A DNA stretch of 64,000 nt from Octopus vulgaris (Eukaryota): assembly GCA_951406725.2 (NCBI GenBank), contig OX597839.1:19530001-19594000 (forward strand), read 5' to 3'. This document shows positions 41,821-56,846 of this stretch, piece by piece; position 1 is the first letter of the stretch; each line of letters opens with the position of its first letter. Below the pieces are notes generated by a model, which had not been told where the DNA came from, ran no database searches, and saw only the letters and a program-made list of their open reading frames with translations. The position numbers and the translations under genes are program-made.

Positions 41821-42005
41821 TTGTTACCATTGTAGTTACATTAAAATCATTATCAACGATGTCATCCCCCACCACCTCCACAACCTCCATCGGCATCATT
41901 TATCATTTTTCGTACGTCTTTATTTTTGTTTCTTTTAAAATTCATGTGAATGAAATTTTGCATCCATATGTCTAATTTTGACCCTATCTATCCATATATC
42001 CATCC

Positions 42006-42086
<81 letters not shown>

Positions 42087-42142
42087 CCTGTCTGTCTCTC
42101 TAAATAAATATCTATCTTTCCGTCTGTCTCTCCCTCTCTCTT

Positions 42143-42174
<32 letters not shown>

Positions 42175-42229
42175 CATATATATATGTATGTATATATATA
42201 TATATAAATATATATACGTATGTGTGTAT

Positions 42230-42277
<48 letters not shown>

Positions 42278-42280
42278 ATG

Positions 42281-42329
<49 letters not shown>

Positions 42330-42453
42330 GTTACATACTTAGATTGATGTATACGTCTATCTATCTATCTGTTCATCTGTCTCTCCTCCTCTTACTCACA
42401 CTCTCTCTCTCTCTGTATACTTATAGATAAATAGATAAATCGATATATATATG

Positions 42454-42564
<111 letters not shown>

Positions 42565-42891
42565 TGTATTGTGCATTGGGGTGATCTTATTTTAAGCGGT
42601 TTGCTTTGTTTCGGTCGATAAATGCGATAATAAGTCGGTAGATTACCTGATGGAGAAATACTCCATATTTTGCACATTTCTGTATATGTATATGTGAATG
42701 TGTACGTGTGTGTTTGACAGTGTACGTATATAATATTGATGAGTATATGTTTCTTTGTATGTCTGCATTGCTACGTACGTTTCGAAATGTCTTTATTCGT
42801 ATATGTGTATGTGTGGCTCTTATATACACGTGTGGTTGTGTGTATGTCTGTATTAGGGCTTGAAAACGCGTGTTAGTCTGTGTGTTTGTTA

Positions 42892-42928
<37 letters not shown>

Positions 42929-43306
42929 CGTGCGTGCGTGTGTGTGTGTGTGTGCATTTATTACTATGTCTGTGTTACTACGTGTGTTTGAAAACGTGTT
43001 TGTGTTCGTTTTTGTGTGAGTGTAACATAAGTGTGTGCTTAGTTCTGTTCATGCTCTGTGTGCGTATGTGTATGTGTGTGTAAGAGAGAGAGAGACAGAC
43101 AGACAGAAAAAGAAAGAGAGAGGGAGTAAGAGAGAGAGACAAGCACACAGTGTCAGACAGACAGACAGAGAGAGAGAGAGTGAGAGAGCGAGAGAGAGAG
43201 AGAGAGAATGAGATACAGAGAAGGATACAGAGAGAGTGTGATTGACAGGAAGAATGAGAGAGAGTAGGACTGAGAGAGCTAGAGAGATAGGTGAAAGACT
43301 GAGAAA

Positions 43307-43347
<41 letters not shown>

Positions 43348-43502
43348 TGGGAGAAAAGAATAGAGAGACGGGATGACAGAGAAAAAAGTAAGAGAAATAC
43401 AGGGAGAGAAATAGAGAGAGTGAAAGAAGGACAGTAAAATAGAGAAAGAGAAAGTGAGAGAATGTGTTTGTATACTTGTGTGTATGTGTGTGTGTGCGAG
43501 TA

Positions 43503-43535
<33 letters not shown>

Positions 43536-43579
43536 GTTTATATATATATTGTCATATATGAATATATCTAAATGTATAT

Positions 43580-43631
<52 letters not shown>

Positions 43632-44706
43632 GTGTGTGTGAGTGTGTGTGTGTGTGTGTCTGTCACTCTAGCCATGCGATAGGGACAAATAGCGGAATAG
43701 ACAGAGAGTGTGATAGAGAGAGGGGACAAGAGAGAGAAAGGGGAAGAGATAGAGGGGGAAGAAAGAAAGAGAGAGTGAGAGTAAGAGGAGGAGGGAAAGA
43801 GAGATTCATGCAAAAATATTGAAAAATAATGATAAGGATCTGCGATATAATACAGTGCCTTTTGTCTAAACACCATGGACATGTACGCTTACACATATAC
43901 ACTCGTACACACAGACACACACACACGTATATACATTTAGATATATTCATATATGACAATATATATATAAACATATATATATATATATACCGAATGATTG
44001 CATGATTGATTAAGCCAATAAATATACACAGACATTGATTCAAATGTTGATATTGTTCGGGAAATATCTTACATACTTATCCATGTATAACATACACAAA
44101 CACACACAAACACATACATGATTCTATACATACATACACACCAATGTATATATGTATATATATATATGTATATATATATGTATATGTATACGTCAATTCT
44201 TTCACAAATATTGACTTATACATATAGCTTGCAACATATATCTTTTTAATTACATCTCAGAATCTATATATTTCATTGTTATGGAGCAGCGAGGAATATA
44301 TATATTCTCTTTAGAAAGAATAGAAAATCACAAATCACCCCAGTGTAGGCAGTGTAGCAACCATCCAGGCAAAAATCCAAATGTTTTGAGTATTTACGCG
44401 CACAAGATATACACATACAAGCTATCGCAAGCACTGACACGTACATGCTGAACAACACATTCACGTCGATATGAACTTAGATCTACACATGTATTTATGT
44501 ACGTATATATATATATATATCGTAATACTATGTCCTTACGTTTCATAGTAGTACATACATTTATACATACATACATAGATGCATAAACGCATTCATTAGT
44601 TATGATATATAGATATATAGATAGCAGTACCCCTGGAATTAGCCTTGTTATTTTGTGAACGTATAAATACATATACATACATACACACACACATATATAT
44701 ATATAA

Positions 44707-44830
<124 letters not shown>

Positions 44831-44843
44831 ATATATATGTATG

Positions 44844-44880
<37 letters not shown>

Positions 44881-44964
44881 ATATATATATGTATTTATAT
44901 ATATATATATATATATGTATGTGTATATACATGTATATATATGTATGTGTATATATATATGTAT

Positions 44965-45300
44965 GGGAAGGCGCATGACTCAATTGTTAGAGCGTCGAGC
45001 TTACAATCATGAGGTAGTGAGTTCGATTCCCGGACCAGGCTGCGTGTTGTGTTCTTAAGCAAGACCCTTTATTCCCCGTTGCTCCAGTTCGCTCAACTGC
45101 AGAAATGAGCTGCACCATCAGTGGTGCGAAGCTGTATCGGCCTTTGCATTTCCCTTGGAGGCTGATATGCATGGGCGACTGCTGGCCTTCCATAAAATCA
45201 ACCCTAGGTTGTGCTTCCGCCGATGAGGCGACTTTCCGCCCAGACGTGTACCCCGGGGGGGAACCTCTTAGGTACACCTATAGTAATTCGTGACTGACGG
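44965..45300 (+). mobile_element. SINE family D with tail ii
   Basis: tRNA-like head GGCGCATGACTCAATTGTTAGAGCG...GAGTTCGATTCCCGG, CORE-like block, and the same tail as 8425-8720. Confidence 0.75.
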
Positions 45301-45524
45301 CGTCGAGTTCTTACGTATGTATATAAAATTAATATGGTCAGTAGTTTGCAACGTTTCACCGAAAACAAAAATTACAAATATCACTAAATGCGACTAGTGT
45401 GTTAGAAAAGACCAACATTGCTAGAAAAAACACTGAAGTTAACGCACCTGAATGAAAACACTATACACTCGCAGAAACCATAATCGTCCGAAAAGTGCCC
45501 ATCTAGAATGCCTAATACTGACGC

Positions 45525-45603
<79 letters not shown>

Positions 45604-45637
45604 TATACATGTATATACATGCATACATACATACACA

Positions 45638-45676
<39 letters not shown>

Positions 45677-47152
45677 TTTTATTGTTTTACTTTGTCATTT
45701 GACCGCAGCCATGCTGGAGCACCGCTTTTAGTCGAACAAATCGACCCCAAGACCTATTCTTTGTAAGCCTAGTACTTATTCCATCATTCTCTTTTGCAGA
45801 ATCACTAAATTACGGGGACATAACCACACTAATATTGGTTGTCAAGCAACTGCTAAAAGGCGAATTCACTACACTTACCGTGGAGAATATATCTCTCTTA
45901 AAGTAAAAGCCGCGAAAGCACCCGGTGTGTACAGTGTAGCCATCTATCAGGAACCCCAGACATCGTCGTTTCGAGTTCATTGGCTCTTGTCAATGGGATG
46001 TACCTAAGGGAGGCAACTCTGAACAGGCTTATGATTCTTCCATTTAAACCGCCTATAATGGGTGTTGTTGATGCACCATAACATAGCGTTTCGTTAAATA
46101 CTAATTGATAAATAAAGTACTTAACTTTAAAATAATTACCAGGAGGGATATGAACTGGTGCGATTTAAGCTCAAAACTTTAAACCTAATACTGCCGTTGG
46201 ATTCTGAATAAATTACATTGATTATTTAAAAATCTAGTAATACAAATTTCCAGGGAGCGGTGAGAGAATTTCTCGACGAGAGTAATTGATAAGGCTTGAT
46301 ATTAATGTCTTCCTCAGGGGACATACGTGATATATATGAAGCGTGGAGGATTGAAACTGTAACCGAATCCCTGTTCTGATCGGCTTATTTTTGACAGGGG
46401 ATCAACATTTTTCATAAAGTTCTCACTGGATTATATTTTTGGAGGGAATAGTTACCAGACTATGGTTTACGCAATCGGGAGAGAAAAATGATAAAATAAT
46501 TATGTGTCAGATAAATTCGTTCTTTTATTATTATTATTTTTTTTTTTTTCGTTGAAGAGGTAACTTTTTTTCAAATTTCAAAAACGATCGAGAAGAGTTG
46601 TAGAGAAAACATTGAGCAACAAAAGAAAAAGATTTTAAAAAATCAAACAGGCGCAGGAGTGACTGTGTGGTAAGTAGCTTGCTAACCAGCCACATGGTTC
46701 TGGGTTCAGTCCCACTGCGTGGCATCTTGGGCAAGTGTTTTCTGCTATAGCCTCGGGCCGACCAATGCCTTGTGTGTGGATTTGGTAGACGGAAACTGAA
46801 AGAAGCCTGTCGTATATATGTATGTATATATAAGTGTGTGTATATGTTTGTGTGGCTGTGTTTGTCCCCCTAGCATTGCTTGACAACCGATGCTGGTGTG
46901 TTTACGTCCTCGTCACTTAGCGGTTCGTCAAAAGAGACCGATAGAATAAGTACTGGGTTTACAAAGAATAAGTCCCGGGGTCGATTTGCTCGACTAAAGG
47001 CGGTACTCCAGCATGGCCGCAGTCAAATGACTGAAACAAGTAAAAGAGTAAAAAGAGTAAATACCGTAAAAACATTCAAATCACACTGGAAATAAAATAC
47101 GTAAATAAATAACAAAAAACAACATAAACGAACGGTTTTACCTGACAACCCT

Positions 47153-47370
47153 ATACAAAGGTATGCTGAAATTTTCCTGGCTTTGGGTAAAATAAAATAC
47201 GGGAGGATCAGTAAATTACAATTTTATTCAACGTATTCCCCTCCCAGATTCACGCACATATTCCAGCGGCCCTTCAGTTTCTCTAAGCCCTGTAAATGGA
47301 CTCAGATGGTTGGGCCTCCAGCCAGACCTTTTACGACTCCCTAAACGTCCGGAACTTTTCAGCATTCGGA
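47153..47370 (-). mobile_element. Mariner-derived MITE retaining the transposase C-terminus
   Basis: Imperfect TIRs ATGCTGAAATTTTCCTGG and CCGGAACTTTTCAGCAT; the minus frame reads LQGLEKLKGRWNMCVNLGGEYVE*. Confidence 0.75.
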
Positions 47371-48083
47371 ACGAAACATATATATCTGTACATATACATA
47401 CATGCATACATACATAATTATACATACATACATATATATATGTATGCATGTATATTTACATATATATATATATATATGTACGTATGTATGTATATATTTG
47501 CATGTATGTATATATATACATATACATATATACATATACATATATATATATATATAAATATATATACATATATACATATACATATATATATAAATATGTA
47601 TACATATATATATATATGCATATATATACACATACATATATATATATACATACATATATATACATATATATATATATATACATGTATATATACACATATA
47701 TTTATATACATATACTCTTTACACTTTTACTCTTTTAATTGTTTCAGTCATTTGACTGCGGCCATGCTGGCGCACCGCTTTTAGTCGAGCAAATCGACCC
47801 CGGGACTTATTCTTTGTAAGCCCAGTACTTATTCTATCGGTCTCTTTTGACGAACCGCTAGGTGACGGAGACGTAAACACACCAGCATCGGTTGTCAAGC
47901 AATGCTAGGGAGACAAACACAGACACACAAACACACATACATATATATATATATACATATATACGACAGGCTTCTTTCAGTTTCCGTCTACCAAATCCAC
48001 TCACAAGGCATTGGTCGGCCCGGGGCTATAGCAGAAGGCATGTGGCTGGTTAGCAAGCTACTTACCACACAGCCACTCCTGCG

Positions 48084-48155
<72 letters not shown>

Positions 48156-48223
48156 TATTACATATATATATTTACATATACATATATATATATATATATA
48201 TACATATATATATACATATATAT

Positions 48224-48305
<82 letters not shown>

Positions 48306-48349
48306 ATACATATAATATATATTATATACATATATATATACATATTTAA

Positions 48350-48388
<39 letters not shown>

Positions 48389-49498
48389 TACACAGACATA
48401 CATGCACAAATGCATATACAAGTCTGCGTGGCGTGTGCTCACGTGTCAGAGAATTGTTTCAATTAAGTACACACACACACACACATTAAGTTTCTATGAC
48501 ACCGTCTGATGTAAGGTGAATCGGACAGCTTATGTCAAACATGGGGCGTCACAAACGACTGGCAAATACTCATGTAATAGGAAAGACTTACGATAATCCA
48601 CGAAATAGATGAAATACGTAAAAGAAATATATAAACCCTTAATCACCCGATACACTTCCTTCCTCAACCGACGCCACATCCTCGCAGTCATCCTTACTAT
48701 TTTCGTTCTATGTTTTTATTTCCTTTCCTGTTTTACCATATTATATCCTGCAGGAGTGGCTGTGTGGTAAGTAGCTTGCTAACCAACCACATGGTTCCGG
48801 GTTCAGTCCCACTGCGTGGCATCTTGGGCAAGTGTCTTCTGCTATAGCCCCGGGCCGACCAATGCCTTGTGAGTGGATTTGGTAGACGGAAACTGAAAGA
48901 AGCCTGTCGTATATATGTATATATATATATATGTATGTGTGTTTGTGTGTCTGTGTTTGTCCCCCTAGCATTTCTTGACAACCGATGCTGGTGTGTTTAC
49001 GTCCCCATCACTTAGCGGTTCGGCAAAAGAGACCGATAGAATAAGTACTGGGCTTACAAAGAATAAGTCCCGGGGTCGATTTGCTCGACTAAATGCGGTG
49101 CTCTAGCATGGCCGCTGTCAAATGACTGAAACAAGTAAAAGAGTAAAGAGTAAAGAGTTTCGCGGTTTCATTTTTCACGCTTTCTCCATTGTTTCCACGT
49201 TTCATAAATATCCTACTTCCATTTTTCTTGTTTTTGGTGTCTTCTCTATCCATGCTTCTCTCTTGTATTCGTTGCTCTTTCTCTTATTTTCATTCTTATC
49301 ATTCCTTTGTTATTTTCTTCTGTCTATTTTCTTCAGTCTGCTTCCTTCGTTTCTTCATTTTCATTCATTATCTCGTTGTTTCAGTGTTTCTTATAATCTT
49401 AGCTGTGCCACACCATACAGTGTCCTTTTCACAGATCGTTCAATATGCATACATATAGGTACACACACAAATACACATACACGCTTATATATGTGCAA

Positions 49499-50250
49499 AG
49501 GCGGCGAGCTGGCAGAAACGTTAGCGCACCGGGCGAAATGCGTAGCCGTATTTCGTCTGCCGTTACGTTCTGAGTTCAAATTCCGCCGAGGTCGACTTTG
49601 CCTTTCATCCTTTCGGGGTAGATAAATTAAGTACCAGTTACGCACTGGAGTCGATGTAATCGACTTAATCCGTTTGTCTGTCCTTGTTTGTCCTCTCTGT
49701 GTTTAGCCCCTTGTGCGTAGTAGTAAAGAAATAGGTATTTCGTATGTTTTTACGTTCCAAGTTCAAATTCCGCCGAGATCGACTTTACCTTTCATCCTTT
49801 CGGGATCAATTAAATAAGTACCAGTAACGCACTGGGGTCGATATAATCGACTTAATCCGTTTGTCTGTCCTTGTTTGTCCTCTCTGTGTTTAGCCCCTTG
49901 TGGGTAGTAAAGAAATAGGTATTTCGTATGTTTTTACGTTCTGAGTTCAAATTCCTCCAAGGTCAACTTTACCTTTCATCCTTTCGGGATCAATTAAATA
50001 AGTACCAGTAACGCACTGGGGTCGATATAATCGACTTAATCCATATGTCTGTCCTTGTTTGTCCTCTCTGTGTTTAGCCCCTTGTGGGTAGTAAAGAAAT
50101 AGGTATTTCGTATGTTTTTACGTTCTGAGTTCAAATTCCTCCAAGGTCAACTTTACCTTTCATCCTTTCGGGATCAATTAAATAAGTACCAGTTACGCAC
50201 TGGGGTCGATATAATCGACTTAATCCGTTTATCTGTCCTTGTTTGTAACC
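49499..50250 (+). mobile_element. SINE family A tetramer, 184-bp period
   Basis: The ATAGGT junction starts at 49731, 49915 and 50099. Confidence 0.9.
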
Positions 50251-50329
50251 CCTACGCTTATGTGTGAGTGCATATACATATGCACACCCACATATGTATG
50301 TGTGTATATATAAATACATATACATATAT

Positions 50330-50545
50330 ATTTCTTTACTACCCACAAGGGGCTAAACACAGAGGAGACAAACAGTTTAAGTCGATTACATCGACCCCAG
50401 CGCGTAACTGGTACTTAATTTATCGACCCCGGAAGGATGAAAGGCAAAGTCGACCTTGGCGGAATTTGAACTCGGAACGTAACGGCAGACGAAATACGGC
50501 AACGCATTTCGCCCGGCGTGCTAACGTTTCTGCCAGCTCGCCGCT
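50330..50545 (-). mobile_element. SINE family A, tail-to-tail with the tetramer
   Basis: Full head and tail 1 on the minus strand. Confidence 0.9.
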
Positions 50546-51108
50546 GTATGTACACACACACACGAACACATACACATATATGTATAATCATTGGACTTTA
50601 TATTATCAAGCCTGTCGATGAGTACAGGCTATCAGGCAGTTGCCTTAAAAATAAAAAATTATTCGCAGATATTTTACGAATATAGACCCAAAACAAAATG
50701 GCGTGACTCCTTTTGTTTTACCATTTTACAATAATATATGCAAACATTTATTCGTGAGATTTCGAATTCAACATGCATAAGGTATCGATGTTGAGTGTAT
50801 ATAGTTAGGATGTAGGGGCTCTACAGATGTGTTTAGAGGCCAACAAAAATAAATACAACAGCGTGTGGTAACTACCGTACTTTGTAACAGTTTAACGTTT
50901 GAAGCATCCACTGCAGAGGATGCGAATCGCAAAAATCGTGAAACATACTTAGGGGACACAAGATGTGAAAGCCAACATGTGTTTATCACAGTTCTATACA
51001 AACACACACACGTGCGCGTCCACACATATATATATGTACGTATTATACAGAATATTAAAAGTTCGCGATAGTCAAGATATCCTACGGTTTTCGTCCGAAA
51101 TATATAAC

Positions 51109-51195
<87 letters not shown>

Positions 51196-51329
51196 GTATG
51201 TGTGTATGTATGTACAAATATAAAAATATATATACATATATACACACACATATACCTATGTATATATGTATGTATGCATATATGCATACATACCTACATC
51301 TATATACATACATATATACAAACCTACAG

Positions 51330-51365
<36 letters not shown>

Positions 51366-51456
51366 ATCTATTTGTCTATCAATCTCTACCACTCTCTCTC
51401 TCTCTTTACATATATGTTTGTATGTGTATATACACACATGCATATATATATATATG

Positions 51457-51487
<31 letters not shown>

Positions 51488-51545
51488 GCATATATATAAA
51501 CGTCTACATATATATGTATATATACATGCATACATACATTCACAT

Positions 51546-51588
<43 letters not shown>

Positions 51589-51642
51589 GTATATATATAT
51601 ATATATATATATTATACATATATATATGCATATATAAACGTC

Positions 51643-51684
<42 letters not shown>

Positions 51685-52081
51685 TGCATATATATAAATG
51701 TCTATATATATACATGTATATATACATGCACATATATATATATTTATATATGTGCATATATATATACATGCATATATATATATAACCATGTGCACGCATG
51801 CATATACACATGCAGTCACTGACACAGACGTAGATATGTATGTTCTCAGAATTCGTTGGCCAAATGCGATGTTTCTCTTTTTCCCAGCAGGTACCTAAAC
51901 AAGCAGTGAAGTTCAAGTAGAGCATTAAACGATATCGACCTTGTCATCCTGGTAGACCTGAAGGCCAAGGAAAGGTCGGCACTGCTGCCCTTCATAAATT
52001 ACATTACACCATAACACATACACACACACAAAACACACACACATATATGAAATGTCATGCAATATCCATATATAAACTGAA

Positions 52082-52130
<49 letters not shown>

Positions 52131-52198
52131 TGAAATACTTTATTAAACAAGTGTTATTCTTCACTCTAGTTAATATCTTTATACACACACACACACAC

Positions 52199-52229
<31 letters not shown>

Positions 52230-52231
<2 letters not shown>

Positions 52232-52300
52232 TATAAAGACGTTAACTACAATGAAGAATATCATATATATACATAATTATACACACATATATATAGATAT

Positions 52301-52356
<56 letters not shown>

Positions 52357-52419
52357 AAGACGTTAACTACAATGAAGAATATCATATATATACATAATTA
52401 TACACATATATATATATAT

Positions 52420-52464
<45 letters not shown>

Positions 52465-52490
52465 CATACACACATATATATACATATGTT
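52230..52490. repeat. Local tandem duplication, ~120-bp unit
   Basis: TATATAAAGACGTTAACTACAATGAAGAATATCATATATATACATAATTATACAC occurs twice. Confidence 0.85.
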
Positions 52491-52777
52491 ATGAATACAA
52501 ACATATATATCAACAGGGCTCTACCACAGTTTTGACAGCCATTGTCATTATATATCATTAGTTGATCCCGAATTGCAAGCAATAAATCCGAAAGAGATCC
52601 AAAGGATATTTTAGCTATGTCGGTTTAGTAAACAATAGCTATATTGTTGTTGTTGGCTTTATAATTGTTGCTGTTGTTATGATTATTATTGTCATTGTTG
52701 TTGTTTTAATAATTGTTGTTATTGTTACTCCTTTTCTTAGTTCTATGTTTTTATTATTATCATTATTATTATTATTA

Positions 52778-52853
<76 letters not shown>

Positions 52854-53023
52854 ATGCTTAGCATTTCTTCCGTCTTCGCGTTCTGAATTCAAATTCCGCT
52901 GTGGTCGACTTTGCCATTTAACCTTTTGGGGTCGATAAAATAAGTACCAGTTGAACACTGGAGTCAATGCATTCAACTCATACCCTTCCCTGAAATTCCT
53001 GCCCTCGTGGAAAAATTTGGAAC

Positions 53024-53070
<47 letters not shown>

Positions 53071-53071
<1 letters not shown>

Positions 53072-54520
53072 GAGCTATCCCTTTCGAAATGGGACAAGGA
53101 AGAGCAGTGTCGGCATACGCGGACGTCGTCATCGTCAAGGTGTAGGACGCCTCCGAAGTGGAGAGGGTCGCACCATCCTAAAGGAATATGAGTCGATTGA
53201 AGGGGCGAAAATTAACGCCGACAAATCGGTGGGATTGAGGTTGGGTTCCTGAAGGGGCATGATGATGCCATCGGACGGCGTTGTCTAACGCTGGAGCGAC
53301 GGACCGCTTAAACTGCTTGGGGTCTGGTGTAGTTCCGACCTTTAAGTTGATAAGAACTGGGACAAAGTGGTGAAAAGGATGGCCAATATAACCTAGAAAT
53401 GGGCTGAGAGGAAGCTGTCCCTGAAAGGTCGGCTACCGGTGACGAATGCTTACATCGCATCCGTTATCATTTATCGCCTGACCGTCATGCTTTGTCCCGG
53501 TCAATGTTTAACCAGGTTAAAATCCTTTGGAAGGGATGCGTTCCAATGGTCAGGCGGTCAGTCTGTTGCCAGCATCCTCTGAGAGACAGATTAGGTATGC
53601 CGTGTCTCCTAATGCACAGATATGCTCTTAGCTTATGCGACCTGCAATGATTTCTGAACGGTGGACGTATGTGGACTCCGTTTGTGAGTCTCGTTTTTCC
53701 GCAGCTCCTCTCCTTGAGGACTAAAACTGGGCGCCTGGCACCTAGAATATCGTCAGACGTTCACAGCCCTCTACCAGTCGGACAATGGGGTCGTGAATGC
53801 TTCGCTTTAGAAATTTATAAAGGATTAGTGGCGGAGAAGTACGACGACGTACTCAGGGAGACTCTGTCTAGCTCTCGTTCAGTGTTCGGGCATTACTGAC
53901 TTGTGGGGTTATGTCGAACAGCTTCTGTCACATGTGGGACGGATCCGTCAGTCGGCTGAGTCTGTAGTGATGATCGCACTGCTGCCCTTCTTCAATCGGG
54001 CAGGCAAGGCAGTTTTCCTTTGCGTGGTAGCTTTGGTGAAAGAGGTTGTTTGCTGGAGAAAGTTGAAAGGCATGAGGACGGATACATTCGTCTTTTCTAG
54101 AACTCTCACTGAATGGAGAGGGAAGTACTGTCCTCGAGGGAGTTTATTGAAAGGTGGGTGAAAGTTGCGAAAATGGCAAGAGTAGATGGTACCTCTCTAA
54201 GTGTAGACTTGTGAGTCGGAGAAAAGGAACTGGAGAGGGCACTTGCTCTTGGGGTCTCAGGGAAATGTCGGACAGTGGGATATCTCGATTATCCCAGGAG
54301 GCCTTCCTGCATTAGGAGGGCCACGTCTCTATCATCCCCCCACCACTGTTTTTTAAGTATTTGTATGCTATGCATATGCCCCTTCTTTTTCAGTGTATAC
54401 TGTGTATACTTTCTTTCTCTCTTTCTTTCTTTTATAATTTCATTCTATATAAACTCCACACTTTATGTCAGTCTTTGTATTGTTCTCCTCATCCTTCCCC
54501 TTGTGGCAAATAAATGAAAT
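53071..54520 (+). mobile_element. 5'-truncated, decayed L1/Tx1-clade LINE (RT C-terminal half to 3' UTR)
   Basis: VSAYADV (YADD motif), LKEYESIEGAKINADKSVGLRLGS, PLKLLGVW, KWAERKLSLKGR and WKGCVPMVRRSVCCQHP across stops and frameshifts. It is flanked by (ATT)n on both sides. Confidence 0.85.
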
Positions 54521-54579
54521 CATAATCATCATTATTATTATTATTATTATCATCATTATTATCATTATTATTATTATTG

Positions 54580-54822
54580 TGGAGGCAGTGGTTAGGGTGT
54601 CAGCACCATGATTGTAAGATTGTGGTTTCGATTCCTGGACTGGGCGACGCGTTGTGTTCTTGAGCAAAACACTTCATTTCACGTTGCTTCAGTCCACTCA
54701 GCTGGCAAAAATGAGTAACGCTGCGATGGACTGGCGTCCTGTCCAGCTGGGGAACACATTCGCCATAGAAACCGGGAAACCGGGCCCACGAGCCTTGCTA
54801 GGCTTTAAAAAAAGGGTGCATT
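54580..54822 (+). mobile_element. SINE family D with tail i
   Basis: Head, CORE-like block, then TAACGCTGCGATGGACTGGCGTCCTGTCCAGC...GAAACCGGGAAACCGGGCCC. Confidence 0.8.
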
Positions 54823-55951
54823 TTTTAATTTATATACTATCATTATCAAGACGGAAAGCTGGCACAATCAGTAGTGCGCTTCGTGCGTGTGTTAGTTTGT
54901 ATAAGTGTGTGTGTGTGCGTGCGTGCGTGTGTGTGTATGTGTGTATGTGTGTGTGTTTCTTTCCAGTGCCAACAACAGACTTACCAAAATAGGACAAGCG
55001 TCCAACCATCCGCGTCAAATCGTGGGCGCCCAAACTGCTGCACCCAACTGTCTCATACCACAGTAAGGGAATATGTACGTTCTATTGTATAATTTAAGCC
55101 AAAACTAGAAAGAACGAATGTCATCGTGGTTCAAACGATAAACTTTAATGATTCAATCAAGTGACTGGTGTGACTTTCACCGAAAAGTGCTTCCAGCCCC
55201 AATTCCCCGCGAAAACTCCGCCCACGACAAGCCGTCACACAACAGCAATAATAATAATACTAAGCATAAAATATTTCTTCTATAATTACTTATTCCCCTT
55301 GCAAAAAAAATCTGCCTTACCTATATTCTGCCCCCATCCCCAAAATAGCAACAACAACAACAAAAAGAAAAAAAAAGAAAAAAAAAAGAAAACAAACAGG
55401 CATTCAAATTCCATATTAGTTTGGCGTATTAAATGCTATGTGATATCCAAACAAGATCGTTGTAACTTAATAGATTGCTTTATGAATCCTGTAGGATTTC
55501 ATGAAATATTCAGACACACATACGATATTAAGAGGGGAAAAATCCCTAAAAAACAGGTTTAGATTAAGCTTACATATCTTTTAGATTAAAGAACAAGTAA
55601 AAAGGGGGTATCATAAGTGCGTGTTCTAAATATTACATTCTAAATATAATTATTACTAATATTTGTAATCTGAGTATCAGGGAGGGATTTTATAAGGAAA
55701 AATACCCTACAAAAAGTTATATCTTCCATTGGGTATAGAACAGATATTCAATTAGTTGGATATGGCGTGAATAGCTTCGCTGCTCGCACGCACACGAAAT
55801 GAACGCATGCCTACGCATACACATACACAGGTACACACATACGAACACAAGCGCGCGTACTCACACACAAAAAGAACCATACACACTCGTGTATTGCCTA
55901 GATGTGTGTGTGTGTGTGTGTGTGTGCGGGTGCATGAATGTGTATATGCAC

Positions 55952-55983
<32 letters not shown>

Positions 55984-56359
55984 TCTTTTACTCTCTTTTA
56001 CTTGTTTCAGTCATTTGACTGCGGCCATGCTGGAGCACCGCCTTTAGTCGAGCAAATCGACCCCGGGACTTATTCTTTGTAAGCCCAGTACTTATTCTAT
56101 CGGCCTCTCTTGCCGAACCGCTAAGTGACGGGGACGTAAACACACCAGCATCGGTTGTCAAACAATGCTAGGGGGACACACAAATACACACACACATACA
56201 TATATATATATACATATATACGACAGGCTTCTTTCAGTTTCCGTCTACCAAATCCACTCACAAGGCATTGGTCGGCCCGGGGCTATAGCAGAAGACACTT
56301 GCCCAAGATGCCACGCAGTGGGACTGAACCCGGAACCATGTGGTTGGTTAGCAAGCTAA

Positions 56360-56545
56360 TTAAGCAGCAGAGATTTAACAAAAGCTGTTACACGGAGTTT
56401 CACTGTCCGACGAACGGGAACGTGAAACTCCGAGTAACTGTTTTTTGTCAAATTTCTGCTGCTTTTAAATAAAGTATATATATGCCTCTGGTATTTGAGT
56501 ACTCTTTTTCCACCATGTTTCACATTTATTGGTTTACTCCGGTAT
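56360..56545 (+). ncRNA. Hammerhead foldback element; motif at 56403-56440
   Basis: CUGU-CCGACGA-ACG-GGAA-CGU-GAAA-CUCCGAG-UA-ACUG, with arms at 56362-56403 and 56422-56464. The right flank matches about 39900-39963. Confidence 0.7.
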
Positions 56546-56846
56546 ATACATACATATATATATATGTAGTCGACCCTAGGGCTTACCCATCTCTAAGTCT
56601 AGTATTTATTCTATCCATTCCTCTTTCGCCGAGCCGCTAGATTACGGGGACATAAACACACAACCATCGGTTGTCAAGTGAAGGCTGCGGGACAAACAGA
56701 CACACACATAGATACATAAATATATATATATATATATATATATAAGGACACAGGAAATATGTCAAGGCTGACAGGAAGCGGTGCTGCTTCCTAGGGCTAA
56801 ATAGCAGTAGTATTATTCCCTCCACATGCGACAAATTTGCCTTCCA

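Noticed and set aside
51880-51990. Possible splice acceptor TTTTTCCCAG with a small exon or hairpin
   Set aside because: No recognisable peptide, an early stop in the obvious frame and only a weak stem. It cannot be supported without RNA data.
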